DNA from: Phoronis australis | Lineage: Eukaryota; Animalia; Phoronida | DNA: 64,000 nucleotides | Assembly (NCBI GenBank): GCA_002633005.1 | Contig: NMRA01000075.1 | Coordinates: 647,145-711,144, forward strand | Direction: 5' to 3' | Shown here: one piece after another, positions 61,201 through 64,000 of the stretch | Numbering within the stretch: position 1 is the first letter of the stretch | Layout of the letters: every line of letters begins with the position of its first letter | The notes under the pieces: generated by a model | Databases searched by the model: none | What the model was told of the DNA's origin: nothing | The model's input: the letters and a program-made list of their open reading frames with translations, nothing else | Program-made: the position numbers and the translations under genes

Positions 61201-62943
61201 TTAGAATGTGGGAACAGACATGACTCATTCGTCATGCTGGGCCATCTATTGTTCTTTATTGTAGTTGATTGTCTGCTCTCTATTTGATTTCTTCGCTAGT
61301 CACATGAATGTTATCGTGTTATCGTGTTATTCATAATTAACGCCTTGATCGTCTTGATTGTCGTCGTCTCCCTCATCGTCGTCTTTTCGATTAGTTCCGC
61401 CAAGTGTCGCTCCTCCGAGCGCTCTTTACTTGGCGGAATTCTTCCGCCAAGTATGTTGCTCTGACAGCAAGTTTTTTTTTTACTTGGCGGAATTCTTCCG
61501 CCAAGTATGTTGCTTTGACAGCAAGTTTTTACTTGGCGGAATTCTTCGAATTCCGTCAAGTATGTTGCTCTGACAGCAAGTTTTTTTTTTTTTTTTTTTT
61601 TNTTTTTTTTTTTTTTTTTTTTTGTTTGTTCGCTCTCTACAGGTCGCAATTCTGGTCCGATGTTTACGAAATTTGCACACAACATGTAGATCGAGAATCA
61701 CTGGAACACTATTGTTTTTGGTCATGATCGGATACAAAATGGCGGACGTGGCGGCCATTTTGTATCCGATTTCACAGTCAAATACTCGTAGAGGCCGCAT
61801 TTTTCGACCTACATGGCTGAAAATCGGTACGAAAATACTACAACGCATGTGCTACAACTGTGCAGAAAATCGTTGACTTCCGGTTAAAGATGGCGGAAAT
61901 ATTGGACGTGGCGCATGTTTAAGATTCAAAGGCTTCTGGAGGCTACAATTTTTTACGTACAGAGCTGAAAATCAGCACAATAAATGTCCCGGATGTGCAT
62001 TACATGCATGTCGGAAATTGTTTACTTCCGGTTAAAAATGGCAGAAATATCGGCGATCGCGCATGCGCACCTCGATTTTGGGCTAAAAACGTTTTCTCCC
62101 GTAGAGGGCGCATTATGGGACCAATTCCTTCGAATTTTTACAAGTATTAGTTTCTTATGACATGCTATTGAACAAAGCCGAAAAACCGGAAGTTGCTTTC
62201 AAGATGGCGGTTCTGGCACATGTTGACCTATTTTCAGCCGTACTTAGGTGCCATTTAAACGAGAGAAGAAAATGACGTGAATTTTTGCAAGTGGATTCTC
62301 TAACGTATACTCTTTCATATGAACTATAACAATTTTTTCCTCAGACTTACCGTTTTCGAGTTATTTGACTTTGAATTTCTTAAAAAAAACGCAAAATTTC
62401 AATTTTTTCGAAAAATTTACGGAATTAGGCGATACCATCAGTTTAGATAGAATTTTGAATGGGCTTTCAGAAGATGTTTTCCATTTTTCGCTAGGTCGTC
62501 TACTTTTTGAGTTATTTGAGATTTTCTGATAACGCTGTTCCTTTGTTGAGCGCTCTTGCTGCATTGATTTTGGTTTATCTTCTATTGAACTAGACTGTAG
62601 CCTATTTCTTATTGATTTATGACATCTAAGTTCGTCATATGAATGTTGTGATGTTGTTCATCATCGCCACCACCGTCATCATATTCGTCATCATCGTCAT
62701 CATCTTCGTAATCATCTCCGTCGTCATGTCTTTTCTGTTAATTTCGCCAAGTGTCGCTCAAAACTGTAGCCTTTTTCTTACTGATTTCGGACTTCAACAT
62801 TCGTCATGTGTATGTTGTTATTACTTCTTTTGTTCAACCTCGCCACCATCGTCGTCATATTCGTCATCTTCGTCATCATCTTTATCGTCATCTTCTTGGT
62901 TAATTTCGCCAAGGTTCGCTCCTCGGAGCGCTTTCATTTTTTT
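58278..62943 (+). mobile_element. Head-to-tail array 2 of Helentron-associated elements
   Basis: 5' hairpin CT(C/T)GGCGGAA-TTC-TTCCGCCAAG at 58281 and 61429 (reiterated three times there), direct 3'-to-5' junction at ~61425, central ~310-bp repeats, and final 3' subTIR + stem-loop + T run at 62903-62943. Confidence 0.8.
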
Positions 62944-63909
62944 ATTGTTTTCAGCCATTATTGCTGTCTTTAAACCTTCCTTAAATGATGGTATAAGCTT
63001 GCCTCCTGTGGAAACATCTGTCTTTTGATTAAGAGAACTCATTGTTAAGTACTGGTGTAATAGTGTTTTTTAATGTGAAAATTAAGAAGTGATTAATGAG
63101 CTTGGGATTAGAACTGGCAGATTGTCATGGAATGTGACCATTTTCTAATCTAACAATGACATTATATATAATTAACGTGTACGAGCTACTTTTTTCCCAT
63201 GATCTTCTCAAAAACCGCTGCACAGAATACCATCCGACAAGTAACATTGTAAACGATTCGTTATGTGCAATCGCTATTCACTTATATTCGGTAACCAACG
63301 GTTTGGCGCTGGAGGCTCTCTACCAGGTGTTTTGTGTTGTGTAGTTTAGCCTCAAAAACTGACTTCCTATCTAGGTGCCCTCCTGAAGGATTGTATTCAC
63401 AACACCATGACACTGGGACTAGCCCCAAACTTTGTGTTTTTTTTGTTTAAATTGACATTATTTTGCTCACTTACCCTTAATGGCGTCACAGAATAGCCCA
63501 TTACAGCTTGAGGGGCGGTCAAACTGCGGGCTTTGTGTCCCAGCTGTTTGGTATGGCGTGAACTTGACTTTTCTGGACTCACTCATGATCACTGGTATAG
63601 CAAGTGGGGATCAGGGAAGGGCGACTGCTTTGGGGCGCCAGTAGAAAGGGGGTGATTGAGAGGGCACCAGTTGTGCACCAAACAGGTGGAAACCAGAGGT
63701 GTGGGTGTTAAATAGATATTGGAAGGGGGAACGTTAGGTAACTTTCGACAGGGGGACAAACAGGTGTCGACCAAGGGGGGAGAAGGGCACCAGGCAACTG
63801 TTAACCAGAGAGGGTGGAGGGTCAGAGCTACCAACCGGGGGTGTATCAAAGAGCCTTTGTTAAACAAGCGGGGTCCCTAAGGATGTGTCGACCGGTGGGG
63901 GGTGCAATG

Positions 63910-64000
63910 CAGGGGCGGATCTACGTTTTCAGTAAGGGGGGGTTTAGGATTCCCGCAAAGGTCGAATCCGAGGCACGTGGCGCCGAGAGGGGGGAGGTCG
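63910..64000. mobile_element. MITE, same family as 4455-4681, cut by window edge
   Basis: CAGGGGCGGATCTACGTTTTCAGTAAG...CGAATCCGAGGC is the reverse complement of 4595-4681. Confidence 0.8.

Noticed and set aside
51185-63042. Acidic, Ser-rich or poly-Lys ORFs recurring in the HINE arrays
   Set aside because: They derive from (TCR)n-like microsatellite and T runs of non-coding element ends, and frames are not conserved between copies.
63589-63867. Pro-rich 92-aa ORF
   Set aside because: G-run-rich low-complexity DNA with no domain or splice support.

Overview
This is AT-rich metazoan genomic DNA from a draft assembly with five N-gaps, probably a marine invertebrate. It is not prokaryotic: there are no operons, rRNA or CRISPR. 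The only intact host gene I can support is missing from the ORF track because it runs off the left edge: an IER2/IER5-family immediate-early gene (minus strand, 519..1) with a TATA/CRE/CCAAT/kB promoter. The ~63 kb upstream is mostly decayed transposons: a nearly full-length dead BEL/Pao retrotransposon and an older BEL remnant, an internally deleted Gmr1-type Gypsy, L1/Tx1 and CR1-like LINE fragments, THAP-bearing DNA transposon relics (Kolobok-like x3, ISL2EU-like, P-like), a CACTA/EnSpm-like element, hAT-like MITEs, and two head-to-tail arrays of Helentron-associated (HINE/DINE-1/pearl-like) elements. The most notable non-obvious signals are: (1) a minimal hammerhead ribozyme about 1.3 kb upstream of the IER promoter in the divergent orientation, whose cleavage site coincides with canonical poly(A)-site geometry; (2) a hairpin-ended element carrying a CRE plus a tRNA-like cassette; (3) co-varying hairpins and chimeric ends in the HINE arrays. 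All family assignments come from motif recognition by eye; no database search was run. I cannot claim a demonstrated new biological system.
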